DNA of 63,930 bases, filler included, from Reticulomyxa filosa (GCA_000512085.1; 20 parts of 20 records of this genome joined end to end with filler, not necessarily neighbours in it), one strand, 5' to 3'; shown: positions 1 to 13,101, numbered from the whole stretch's first letter. Notes: generated by a model not told the origin, from the letters alone. Made by a program: numbers and translations.

Positions 1-2690
1 ATTGGTTGGCATCTTTTCAGGATCAATTTGTCAATTATTGTGAGACAAGATGATTTAATACGTATCTATCTCATCGAGTCACAGTCATATGGAATGTTTG
101 TCTTTGGTATTGATGTCATTTTCGATAGCATTAGCTTGGGTGGTAATTGCTGATGTGCGATTGATATATTATTTATAAATATTGTTAAAATGCGGGAGTT
201 TTCCTTCACAACGCTTTTCCACAGTTCGTTTGGTAGACAATATAAGAAGACTGCTTTGTTGCTCTTCATAGAATTTATTGTACTACACACTTCCCATCGT
301 CAGTGAATGACTCTGTTAAAGGATGGCAATAAAGTTCTCCAATTCTCGATAGCAAACAGTATAGTCTTTTATCTTGCTATGCTGGCTTTCATTGGCACGT
401 GTCACTCGATACGTATACGCGTTACATTTCCAAATTGTTTCATACAGTCAGTACATAAACATAACGTAGACTTTTGTCGTATTATCTTTGGCATTGTAAT
501 GAACACTGTTATTAGTTTCACATAGTGTGTCGTATAATTTTATTTTAGCACACTGACCTGCAAAGTGAGTTGATACATTTTGGAGTGAGTGGTAATCTCT
601 TGCGATTGATAGTCATCTCATTGGGCACCCTTCATTAGATGAACTAGTATCAACATATTTCTATGGCACTTTGAATGTAATTTTTATTGGAAAATGGTCA
701 GATTCGACTTATTCTTCAATGACAGTCATACATAGTTCGTATCACTATTTTCCCAGAATCATCTTGCTTTACCAACGCATAATCAAGTATAGTACCGATC
801 CTTTTATCTGCCATTATCCTATAATATGTATACTTCTTATATGCATATGTCACATTTAATATCTTGAGTGAATGGACATTACAAAATGACAGCAGCCTCT
901 CAAATTTTCCGTCAATAGTGGACTAACATTTGTATTTTAGTTATGTTTGTACTATAGTGATGCACATTCCATTGCAGATCCAGTTATGATCTTTTTTTTC
1001 CAAGTCTTTGTAATATCCAGGCTTGAAGATTGTCTTTGCACGTGGTAGTAAGGTATACGAGTTATGCTACTTCTTTTTAATCACTGCATCCGAGTATGTC
1101 TTTGAAATGCCTATTGTATAAATTCATAAAGACTGCGTCGTTATACCTTTGCATCTAATCCGCCTCGCATGTTTAGAAAGATGATTGTATATTGTCTGCT
1201 GTTATTGTTTTTGTACGCTTATCAATGCTGTTTGTTGGTTGTGTAGTTCGCATATGATTTACGTTTATCAAAGGCTATATGTGCGATGTTACAGAAAAGG
1301 GCATGTCGCTCTAACCAAACCTGCTTTAAATACATTTGTTGTGGTTTCTCTATTAAATAAATTAAATGTTTGGCTGTGTAGAATTTTGAATTGAGGGGCA
1401 GTGGCTACGTCCTCAATTGGAACATACGTCCATATTGCGTCTTCAATTACTTATGTTTATTCTTGGAGTTTGTAAGGGACTTTTCCAATCTTGTTGAATA
1501 TTATTTGTGTTGTTTTGTTTTATTTTTATGTTATTATTGCATTTAGGCACCCATTCCATGTTATCTCGTAATGTTTTGCAATATCGTTGCTCATTTTTGT
1601 ACTTCCAGAGGTGATACCTTGGCCTTGGTCTGTATCTAAACGAATTCAGGCTGTACTGTTGTCGCGAACGTAAATGTAGATGCAATCGATGACGCCTGTT
1701 TCTCCAGTAGAAATTGTTATGATAAGTATGCACATGTTCGTTGCTATTGTTGTTCAATCTCCTGTTATCGTGATAGTTAAGTGGTGTTTGCTGCATATTC
1801 GCTTGTTACTATATTCGGATATTCTTTGATAGTGAATTTAGATGTTTCGTTCCTTCAAATATTGACCACTTTCGTCCCTCCAATTACTATGAGGTGTCCG
1901 TTTTTGTAGTTTATTGGTATTGTAATATTCTACGCGACTTATGTCTCTAGGTCTTGTGCGCGGTATCCATCGTATTATTTATTTTTTGATTTTTGCGCTA
2001 TGTATTCGTCCGCACAGTCCAGGATAAAGAATATCTTTCGTCCTGGATAGGCCTGTGCAATAATTTTGATCTCTTGGATCTGAAATACCACCGGATGAAG
2101 CAAGTTGTACATCTATGCAACATTCCGATATTTCCATAATCCTCGTCCAAATATTATCAATTATTTCCTGTTTTTGATTTCATCATTTAGCTCCGCAATT
2201 TTCCTGATATAAATTGGCTTGGCATAGTTCTCAAATTGATCTAGCAAGTTTTTGGTCGACAATAGTTTATCTACACTATGTTGGACCGGAGAACTTCTTG
2301 CCTTCGTTTTTATTCGTTTATTTGAATGTAATATTTAATTATTAATTTTTGTACGGTGAGTTTCGACGAGTTCGTAATCATCGTCGTATTCACTAGTGAC
2401 CTCTTCGCTGCAAATATTACTATTTGTAATTTGTAATAAAGTTCTTTTCATTGTAATTTTTACAGCAGTTCCTTAGGAGTTTCGTGATGTTGCTTCTCAC
2501 AATCGTTGTGTAAATGTCATCGTCCTTTGGATTGTTGTAGGTTCCTCTTCTTCGTTGGCTTCATCATCGTCCTGTAGTATTTCTTTTATACAGATTTTTT
2601 CCATCTGTTTTTGTGGCCGTTGCTTCTTATGTTCTATCTATATTCCTAGTTTTTGCAAGTCCGTCTATCTCTTGTTTTTTATGTTTGTTT
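1..2690 (-). mobile_element. Degenerate non-LTR (LINE-like) retrotransposon: ORF1 remnant, APE endonuclease and reverse transcriptase remnants
   Basis: Manual minus-strand translation across stops and frameshifts. APE-like motifs: LIIFGRGLW..YNLLHPVVFQIQE (~2160-2060), HLIVIGG (~1890) and HTYHN..TGETGVIDCI (~1730-1680). RT-like remnants: TIFKPG (~1030) and STIDGKFERLL (~920-890). A-rich ORF1-like sequence at 2165-2690. Confidence 0.68.
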
Positions 2691-2707
2691 GGAAAAATAT
2701 ATGAGCA

Positions 2708-3112
2708 AAGCGAGTTGTGTTGGTATTTTTTGAAACCAAAAAACAGTTGACGGAATTCTAGGAGTTATCCACTTTCTTCCAATCAAAGGTAACGCGATTG
2801 TAATACCGAAGAAAATTTTTTCCAAGATAAGGAGTCACTAATCAAGTGGTGCCGTCGCATCTGGTCAAGTATGGCTATTCACCAAAAATTTGGAAGATGA
2901 ACTGACTTTGTATGCGGGATCAAATTGTTTCTGTCAATGGTGGTCTTAATGTGATTCAAACTTTCCTCTCTGAAGAACTGTCAGAGGAAACGCAAATTAA
3001 AGGACGTACGGCCAGACAATGAAGATCTGGCTCCTATAGCTTGACATTGTGTGACAAATCATTTAAAAAAGTTTTGATCGCCGTAGAAGATATTGCAGGT
3101 ACACAAAAATAG
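2708..3112 (+). pseudogene. Relic of a SecA-like SF2 helicase/ATPase C-terminal domain
   Basis: Translates, with frameshifts and stops, to KRVVLVFFETKKQLTEF* ... GAVASGQVWLFTK.FGR*TDFVC.DQIVSVNGGLNVIQTFLSEELSEETQIKGRTARQ*RSGSYSL. This matches the SecA motifs VLV, GRGTD, GGLxVI and QLRGRxGRQG. Not present in the ORF track. Confidence 0.75.
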
Positions 3113-5003
3113 TAACAGAAACAAAAAGGGAACGCGCTGATTATAAGTTCCAATTTCTCATGTCAAACAGCAATCACCAACATGATTATCATAAACCTTG
3201 ACGACAAATCTTTAAATTCGAAATCAAAATTTTTCTAAACTTAACTGTCACAAGTTTTTATTTTCGTTGAAATTTATGTTTTACTTTATAATCATTTCAA
3301 ACCTAAGGCATTTCTTCAGTTTTATTATTTAAATTAAAAAATATTCATTTGATCAATAAATAGGACTCATAGATCTTATTCTGACAAATCATTCCATATG
3401 CAAACTATGTAAACTTTCATTCGATACAATTGATATATCAAAAGATACACTAAAAACACTCAAGCAGAACTCCGCGAGTAAAACAAAACTTGCAAAATTG
3501 CAACTCAATAACTCGCAAAAAGGCAATTATATGCCAATTTCAAAATTGACTAAAAAAAAAACTTTTTTTACTGTATTAATTAATGCAAAAGTGTTATAAA
3601 AAGACCAAAAATAAAAAAAATTCGTCAAAGTAAAAATTTTATTGCAAAAACACTGGTTGCAGTCTAACTCCGTCATACATCAAAGTTATTTCACCTGAAT
3701 TTCACCAATCAATTGGCAAAAGTTTGCTTTAACGTCCTGGCTTGGTTCGGAAGCTTCAATTTCATTTTTCAGTTTTTATGTTTTATAGTAACATATTTGT
3801 AATCTGAAATTTGATTTGCTTTTATTATTTTTTTTGTTAGAGCAATAGTTTCTTCAGCAAAAGACTTGAAGTAGAATGTGAAAAAATTGACAAATGAGCA
3901 TGCACAAACCTAATAAAATCAATGCCAGAGCGAATACAAGCATTACACCAAATGATAATTTTCACTAAAAAAATCTTACCACAAAAAAAAATTTTCAATG
4001 TTTATGCTTTTGAATTAACTTGACTTGCTTGTAATTGGACAAAAAAAGAGCAAAAAACCAATGATGAGTGGAAATAAAGCAAAAAGTAGTCAAAATCATC
4101 ATGCCTATACAATGCACAAGTTTTGAAAATAACATTAAATTCTACAAAAAATTGAGTTTTTTCAAAAATTACTCAACGTAGAAGACTAATTTTTTTTATA
4201 CAAATATCTACGCATTTAGCACTTTCTGAAAATGCTTTAAAAAAATTGTCAAATTTCATGGTTACGACACAGTCACGATTGTCAACTTTCTCGAAAATTT
4301 TCAAAAATCACAATATATGATTTTTAGTACAAATTACTAATAATTCACCAATTTCTCAGTTTTATTTTACGAAAATTCACAATGATCATGTTGTTGAATT
4401 AGATATTTCAATTGCTTTGTTCAAATAATTTTATAAGCATTGTTCTCCAATCATAAACTTTATCTGTATTTTCATTTATTACAATGTAATTCCATTGCTT
4501 TGTTTGCAGTTTGATTACAAATGCAGCAAATTAACGTGTCCAGTCTTTGTGATTTATTTGTTAATGAAATCCAAGCTTTACTTTAACACTCATAAAAAGA
4601 AAATATTTGTCTTTTATTTTCTGTGTTTTCTTCTTTTCTCTATGATTCAATTAACAACATTAGTTTTATTTTTTTTATTCTTTGCGATTTTTTGACTTCT
4701 TTTGTATTAACCCATTTATAAATTATATCATTGATTTTTGTTAATGTTTCCACTTGCTTGTTTCAATTTGATTATTATGCTTCCACGCTCGAATATGTTC
4801 ATAAAATAAATGACTTAATTTTGGATTTTCGATTACAGTGTATCCTTCTAATGTTGTAAAATTTTTCAATGTTTTTTGCATTTCAATATATATATGTTTT
4901 GGAACATACAATTTAATATTATGTAATCGATTATAGTCTCTTCGAATTTGAAGTTGTTAGCAGTTGAGTTATTTAAAGACAGGTCAAATATTAACTATCA
5001 TCA

Positions 5004-6469
5004 ATGTCTGAAATATCCAAGAAGCGGTTGTCCAAAATTGTGTCGCACATGTCGTGTGAAAGCGATACAATCGATAATAACCTGCACCGACACGATACAG
5101 CAGGAGCCGAAAATGCGACGTATTCCCTGACGAAAGACCCTGCGTCATTGAAAAACAAAACGTTTTTCATTACAGGAGCGTCTCGCGGTATTGGATTAGC
5201 GATAGCACTGCGGTGAGATAATCTCAGGAGAAAAAAAAAAAAAAGATAGCGTATAATTCTCTCTCTTCTCAAGACAAGAAGAAACAATAAAACCTGAACA
5301 GTGTGGCCCGTTGCGGGGCCAATGTGATAATTGCTGCGAAAACGGACGAGATAAACCCAAAGTTGCCGGGGACGATCCACAGTGCAGCAGAGAGTATCGA
5401 GAAAGCAGGAGGGCGAGCTTTGGCGGTTGTGTGCGACATAAGAAAAGAGGACCAAGTGCGAAACGCCGTTGAAAGAGGGGTCAGCAAATTTGGTGGGATT
5501 GATGTCGTTGTTAGTTTTGTATTTTTTTTTTGTTTGTTTTTTTTTTTTGTCCATTCAAAAAAAAAATTTATGTCTTTTTTTTAATCAAAAAAAAAAAAAG
5601 ACAATGCCTCGGCGATATCATTAACTCCCACCACTTCAACGGCGATGAAAAAGTATGATTTGATGAACTCTGTAAATGCCAGAGGTATTGTAGTATATGT
5701 TATGTATATATGTATATACGTATAAATAAATAAGAAACTAAGAAATACAAAAAAAAAAAAAAAAAAAGGTACATATTTGGTGACGCAGACGTGCTTGCCT
5801 TATTTGAAAAAGTCAAGCAATCCGCATATATTGACGATATCTCCGCCTTTGAATATGAACGCGAAATGGTTTTCTCGCCACGTTGCTTATACGATCGGTT
5901 TGCTGCACGCTGCACTCTTTCAACACTTGTCACACAATTCCACTCTCGCGTTCATTTTGTATTGGCATTCTTAAAACCCAACTCACTTGTTATTCACAGT
6001 TTCCTTAACACACATACTACTGTTGATGTATTTCGAATAGCCAAATATGGAATGTCCATGTGCACCTTGGGCTGGGCTGATGAGTTCAAACAAGATGGCA
6101 TTGCAGTCAACTCTTTGTGGCCAAAGTTTTGCCTTCTGTGTACACATATATGCATATATGCATATATGCATATATCCATATATGCATTTATCTTATATGC
6201 TTTGACATTGAACATTTAGGACTAGCATTGCGACTGCTGCTGTTCAAAACGTGCTCGGAGGCGATATGGCGGTGAAATACAGTCGAACGCCTGAAATTAT
6301 GGCCGATGCGGCTTATGTCCTCTTTACACAACCCTCACGGACGTTCACCGGACACTTTTTGATTGACGAAATCTTGCTAAAGGCGTCTGGCGTCAAGGAT
6401 TTCAGCTCCTACAAAGTTGATCCCTCTGTGGATGACAAATTCATTATTGACGATTTTTTCGTTAATTAA
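5004..6469 (+). CDS. HSDL2: Hydroxysteroid dehydrogenase-like 2 (SDR family), 6 exons, no SCP2 domain
   Basis: Motifs: ITGASRGIG, ANVIIAAKT..NPKLPGTIHSAA, VNNAS, ISPPLNM, YTIAKYGM (YxxxK), SRTPEIMADAAY. GT-AG exons approx 5004-5212, 5302-5513, 5601-5684, 5769-5897, 6041-6125, 6220-6469 join in frame. Confidence 0.9.
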
Positions 6470-7343
6470 TGTCTCACCCACTCTTTTTTTAGTAAATGAG
6501 ACACTTGCAATCAATAATAATGCACTCAAAAATTAAAGTGATTTTAATTCAACCCAATTTGCCAAAAGATAAAAATTCATCTTAGTACAAATTATGCTTT
6601 AAAACGTCAGGGTATTTTTAAAAATTGAAAAAGGTAACATTTTTCGTATCTCTTGAGTAAGGAAAATTATTTGACTCTAATAATTTATACAGTTTAAAAA
6701 TATAAACTTTTCTTATCTTTTTTTTCATTATGCGATTAAATCGGACAAGTAAGCAATACTCTTCAAATGAAAATAAAGTATGCTCCTTTTTAATAAAGTT
6801 TTTTTACTTTAGCAATTTGCTTTTAATCAATCAGACAGTGAAACAAAAGCAATTTATTGATCATTCAGATTATATACAAAAGTACAATATTATCAAATGC
6901 AAAATTTGTTGGATCTTGTTCATGTGGTAGTCGAAAGTAAAAAATATCAAAAAGTGATTGCAAAAACGTTTGAATTTTACTTCATTTTTTAAAATTTTTT
7001 GTTTGAATGTTACTTTAAGTTTTATTATTAACATCTTCTAGTGCTACTAGCGTCTATTGATATTTGAATACTTTTAGTTTATCTTCAGATTGTGCTTTTT
7101 ACATACTTTTAACATCTAAAAAAAGATAAAAACGTTCATATTAAAAATTAAACACTTGTAAAACGCTACAAAAAAAGCAAAAAGAATGTCATCACACAAA
7201 AACGTAATAAATCATAAAACACCTACACTTTAATCTTATTTTGGGAAAAGTAAGAAAACGGCAAGACCATTTTGGATCAAGCAGTTACGCTGCAAAAAAG
7301 GAACAACTTCTAAAAGAGTGAATGATGGGAGTGAGAAAAAAAA

Positions 7344-8300
7344 ATGAAGCGTGTGGTAATAACAGGCTTAGGAAGTGTAACACCTTTAGGTCAGACGTTT
7401 CGAGAGACGTGGAAAAATTTACTGGCTTGCCATAGTGGCATTCAGTCGTTGCATTTCCGCAATAATCCGGACATTCCCTGCAAAGTAGCAGGACGCATAG
7501 CAAGAGAGGACGAAAGTGAAAGCAGCAATAAACAGCCAGCAAAGCAGCTTGCGTTTATCCAAGAAAAGTTTTCCACCAAGCATTGGTTATACTCCAAATC
7601 CGACTCACAATATCGAGCTCAAAGTGTGCAATACGCACTCGCTGCAACAAACGAAGCAATGCGTGATTCCAAGTTGCCACTGTCACCACGTTCAGGAACT
7701 TTTTCTCCCCCTTTTTTTTTTTTTTTTTTTTTAATAAAAAAAAAAAATTAATTTAAAAAAAAATAGAAAACAACACAAACGAGGGAACTGATAAAATCGG
7801 CGTATCGTATGCAAATAGCATGGGCGGACCAGAGTTGTCAGAAGCAATGACAATAGCATTGCAACAACAACAACGAAATGGATATCGTCAACTCGGTCCA
7901 TTCGATCTCCCAAACGCATTGACCAACACCAGCGCGGGTGCGATTAGCAGTCGCTACGGACTGCACGGACCTAGCTTGTGTCCGGCCAGTGCATGTGCGG
8001 CAGGTGCGCATGCAATCATGGAAGCATACGCGCTGATTGCAATGGGCCAAATGAACGTCATGATCGCCGGGGGTGCCGATGCGTCGATCGTGCCTTGGGG
8101 AGTGGGCGGCTTTGCGAGGTGCAAGGCATTGGCGTGCAAGTTCAATGACAACCCCTCACAGGCATCGAGACCTTTTGACGTGGACAGATGTGGGTTTGTT
8201 ATTGGAGAAGGTGCTGCCACTTTAATCTTGGAAGAATATGACCATGCAACACGTAGGTTAAATTACGGTATACTTTTTTTTTTTTTTGTTAGAATGTACC

Positions 8301-8338
<38 letters not shown>

Positions 8339-8942
8339 GGGGGCACCCATTTATGCGGAACTGGTCGGCATTGCATCCACTTGTGATGCGTTTCATATGA
8401 CGGCACCGGAACCGAGTGGGAAGTACATTCGACGGTGCATGGACCTGTGCATCGAACATGCAGCTGCATGCACTCGAAGCGATGTGGAAACGGTGAGACG
8501 CAAGATTGGATATGTGAATGCTCATGCGACGTCGACACCCATTGGAGATAGCATCGAATTGAACGCCATTTTGCAATGCATTCTCGACTTGCAAAGTGCC
8601 AATGACAACGCCAGAGAGAAGCTGATTAAAGAAAGACTGAAACACGCCGACTTGAAAATTTCTGCGACAAAAGGGAGCATCGGACACTTGTTGGGCGCTG
8701 CAGGGGCCATTGAGGCTTGCTTTTCTGTTCAAACACTTGTTGATCAAATTGCGCCTCCTACTTTGAATCTGCTTCGTTGTGATGAGGAATTTGAGGCTGA
8801 TGGAGTCAGGCACTTGTTGTGTGCTAATGCTTCACATACATTTGATGGCTCCAAATATACCCCATGTGATTTTGCCTTGTCCAATTCGTTTGGCTTTGGT
8901 GGGACAAATGCTTCATTACTTTTTTGCAAAGTCTATAAATAA
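7344..8942 (+). CDS. OXSM: 3-oxoacyl-ACP synthase II (FabF/OXSM/Cem1 type; probably mitochondrial type II FAS)
   Basis: MKRVVITGLG start, catalytic Cys in SACAAG, YVNAHATST, TKGSIGHLLGAAG, SNSFGFGGTN. Exons 7344-7689, 7767-8256 and 8339-8942 join in frame. Confidence 0.92.
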
Positions 8943-10730
8943 AGTAATTTCTTAATAACCCAACTTATTTTTCTTTCTTGCTTAATCAACAAAATAATGT
9001 GTATCTCAACAAATCTTGATCCATTTACCTTTTTTTATTTTCTCTGGTATCCTTTCTTATGATAGCAAATGATTGCATTTTATTGCTTATGCTAGAACAA
9101 AATTCAACTGTCTGTTTTGTAAGGTCCCAAATGTACCCTGAAATTCACTTCTTCACAAAATTTAACATTTTCTTTACTCGCTTTGTTTTTTCTCTTTTAT
9201 TGAGTCTATCTTTCATTTAATTTAATTAATTTTGCACTAAAGAAATTTTGCTCAAAGTAACAACACTTCGTATTACATTTACTAATTCTGAGCCAATATT
9301 TATTACAAAAAAAAAATTTATTTTAACACTAATATTAACTTTTGCAAAAAAGTTGTATTTTGAAGTAGATTGAATAAAGAAGCAATATGTACTTCAACAT
9401 CTAGCAACATCCAATTTTGTAGAATCACTTAAAAGATTTTGTCTTGTGCTAAGTTCGTGGCGAAAGCGGAGCAAAGAAATATTCAAAGAAACAACTAGTA
9501 ACATTTTTATATGGTAATATAAAAATTTTATACTAGTTTAAAATATGAGATATGTGAAATGTCAACTGGCCAAACAAAGACTATAAATACAATATCATTA
9601 ACAATCAAAAATTATAAACAAAATCTGGTCACTTTGCTACAAATAAGTAAATACAATAACTTCACACACATTTTTTGTGATAATAAGTGTTTACATTTTT
9701 GTTTTGATTTTCTTTAATTTATTATATTAAATTTCAATATTATCTTATACTTCAACTATTCGAAAACAAAGACTAAGAGCATTCAGTTTAGTACCGCTAT
9801 CATAATATCACCTGATTATACACAGTCAAAACCCAAAATTATTTTATTTGTTTTTTTGATAATTTAATGCTTAATCAAAACTTGAAATATGTTTTTTCGC
9901 TTGTTGTCGATTGTGTGTGAGTTTGAGAAATTTTGTTGATCTTTTCATTTTGCTTTTTATTATAGTACTGTGCTCATTTTGTGAAGATTTGCTCTTTTTT
10001 GTCTGTAAAGCCTTAATTTTCGCTAAAAAATTTTATTACAGCATTTTTTTCAATCATTTGCGCAAAACAAAATCTTGTATAATTACACAAATTTATTCAA
10101 TATTAAAAAATTGAAAACAAATTCAAAAATTAAAAATCAAGCAACCTGCATCACACGCATTGATGCTCTTCTTGTACTCAATTGCAAAGAGTTTCAAGAC
10201 TCCAAGTCTAAAAAAAACGAGAAGACACCGAGTGTTCGAGAAGAACAATAAATGGGAGTTGTTTTGATTCAGTGAATATCGATTTATTCGAGAAAGCAAA
10301 TCAACAAAATGAACAAGCTTATCATTTTCAATTCTATCGCACAAACTTGTGTTTATTTGTAATTTTTATTTTGTTTATTATATTTCATTGCTCCAACAAA
10401 AGCCGCAAAACCGGTCAAAAAAACCTTTCATACACACGAGTACAATTGATGGAGAGACTTGAATGTAAAACGTTTTCTGAAAAGTGATTGTACATCATTT
10501 TTTCCTCTCTCCCCCCCCCATCTTTTCCACTTTTCAGAATAAAAAGTCAAATCTGTTCCATTTCGGACAGTAGGACAATTACTAGTCACAAAAAAGGATT
10601 TTCTTTATCTTGTCATTGTGTTAGCATATTGTTTTTTTTTTCCCTTCCCCACTCTCCCCGACGTAGCAAGATCAGGGAAGATAGAACAAATTAAAAAAAA
10701 AAACAAAATGAACAAACAACGAACAAAATA

Positions 10731-11624
10731 TCAATATTTGGTTAAATACGCTTCAACCACTTGTTTGGTTTTCTTATGTTCTCCGTCGTTTGTCAGATAG
10801 CCAAACTCTTCGGCTTCTTTCAGAATGACCGACAATGTGGCGGCTTTTTCGCGCTTATAACTAATATTTTTGTCCACCCCACTCCATGTTCAAATTGGTA
10901 AAAAAACAACAAAAAAAACAACAGCCAACTTAACGAATTATACACAACGCCAGGCACTAGACAAATAGTTATTTGTATAAACAAAACGAGCCACGCGAGG
11001 GGAGTATCAAGCGTCCATTCTAATCATATAAATGAATAAATAAATATACATATATGTATATATGCATATATGTATATGTATAAGTGAATCATTTTAATTT
11101 GTATTGCCATTTAAAAAACAAACAAACAAACGAACTCATGACATTCCACAGGTCAGGATCATAGGAGAGCGAATTGGACATGACGGTCAAAGCGCCAAAG
11201 TAGAGCGAAATACCCAAAGCGGTGGAGAAGTAATAAAACCAATTCCAATGCTTGGACTCGGCCATCATTTTCAGACATGCCGTCAAAACCACAGCGGTGA
11301 GCATTTCCGTGCCCCATGCCCACAGTCCACCCGTTTGTCCTGACGAGTTCCACAAATCTCCATTTTCGGCGGACACCAAATAAATGGTGAAGAACACCAC
11401 GCAAGACTGCCAAAATGCAGTAAACATCCACATTGCAAATGCCTTCAAATCGAAGACAGTGTCTAATTTGAAGTAGCGATAGGCTTCGGGATGGTTCATT
11501 GCGGTGTCCTCTCTGATATCCTGTTCAAAGATTCCTACACAAAATGGAAACGCTGCTGCAAAGCTGTTTTATTTTTTTAATTGTTTATGTAGTTATCCAT
11601 TCAAAGGACATACATATATATACA

Positions 11625-11657
<33 letters not shown>

Positions 11658-13042
11658 GTGTATATATTAACAGTATATTAAAAGCAGACATCATATTAGG
11701 ATCAAACATGGGCTGGGCAGTATATACTGAATAAAAGCCAAAGTAAGCAATGGGCATCATAAAGACCATGTTTTTGTACAAGGAAATCAAACACAAGGTG
11801 GACGTCCTCAAAAATGAGAATCTGCCGTGAACAAAGAGTAATCGGGTCAAATGTCGGAATCGATGAATGACAAAGTCTGCCGCTAAAGCAGCCTGAGTGC
11901 CTTCTTTTCCCATTATTCCGACGCCCACATTCGATGCTTGGATCATCGACACATCATTGGCCCCGTCTCCAATCGCAAGCGCAACTCCGGCGAGTCGTGT
12001 TTTGGCCATTCGAACAAGCATTGCTTTTTGAGCTGGATTCGCGCGATTGCAAATTATCGTGCCACAACTAGTCCAAGTTTTTTTTTTCAAAAAAAAAAAA
12101 AAAAAAAGGGGGGAGGAGGATTAAGTTCATTGGGAAAAAAAAAAAAAAGTTTCCGAAACTATTTAAACAAGACGATGAAATCATCCAACAAGAAATCATG
12201 CAAACACATTTCCAAGGCATCTCCATTGATAACCAAAGCGTTTTCCGGAGATTGCGAAGGAATAGAAGAGAGTTGAGTGGACTCTTGTGCAATGGGAGTT
12301 TTATGCGAGGGTTGATGATTGGGCTCGTCCGTGGTAAGTTCGTCTTGGGCCAACTCTTGCTGTCTCATGGAGCACTTTTCGATGAACTGATTCAACTTCT
12401 TTTGCAATTGGGCCATGGGCTTTTCCAAGGCCAAAGGGTCCGAGGAGTCATTGGGGACTTTGGCGGACAAAATCATCAATTGTGGAGTAGTGATATGCTC
12501 AGCAATAATACCCGATTGTCGACCAATGGAAATGGCTGTCTCTTGTTTGTCTCCAGTCAACATAATGACTTTGATGCTCGCCTCTTTCAACTTCTGCACA
12601 GTCTCGGGTACCTGTTCTTGCATCTGGTCTTCGACGGCGGTGCAGCCGAGCAGCTGCAACGAGTGTTCCAGTATGCCAAAGGCTTGCTCAATCTTTTCAT
12701 TGCGCTGTGTCAAAGCCACTTGCGCATTGCGAAACTCTTTGTCAAACTGCTCGTACTCGGCCTGCATCACGCGCTTCCAGGCCATGACAAGAGTGCGACT
12801 GCCACTCTTTGCAAAGCTGGTCACATGTCGCTTCGTGCGACTCATCACATTGGGAGTGTCGCTGACACACAGTCCAAACACGACGCTGTCCGCCCCTTTA
12901 CAAAACAAATACACTTGGCCTTTTTCGTCCTGCGCCAACACTGTCATTCGCTTACGCTTTGCCGTGAATTCCAACATGCCCAACACCTTGAATTGTCTCA
13001 CAAACGACTGATCGTTGGGTGTCACACGTCCTTTGCGACGCA
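10731..13042 (-). CDS. P4-type phospholipid-transporting ATPase (flippase), C-terminal part; 5' end cut by contig break
   Basis: Motifs: LEFTAKRKRMTV, CKGADS, LTGDKQETAISIG, AIGDGANDVSMIQ, GKEGTQAALAADF, RLLFVHGR, then C-terminal TM helices. The last exon ends ..VEAYLTKY* at 10731. Confidence 0.93.
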
Positions 13043-13101
13043 CTGTTTGCAAAAAAAATAAAAAAATAGAGCAATATATTTGCAATACAAATCACAAAAA
13101 A

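Noticed and set aside
2895-3025. Two TGA codons at conserved Gly positions (GRG and RQG), hinting at UGA=Gly recoding
   Set aside because: The relic also has a TAG and frameshifts, GGA>TGA is a single substitution, and TGA is a normal stop in the flippase, USP and WD40 genes.
12198-13061. Long plus-strand ORFs (287 and 198 aa), and similar ORFs opposite USP, KAS and TRAF
   Set aside because: Antisense shadows of GC-richer coding exons, with no recognisable motifs.
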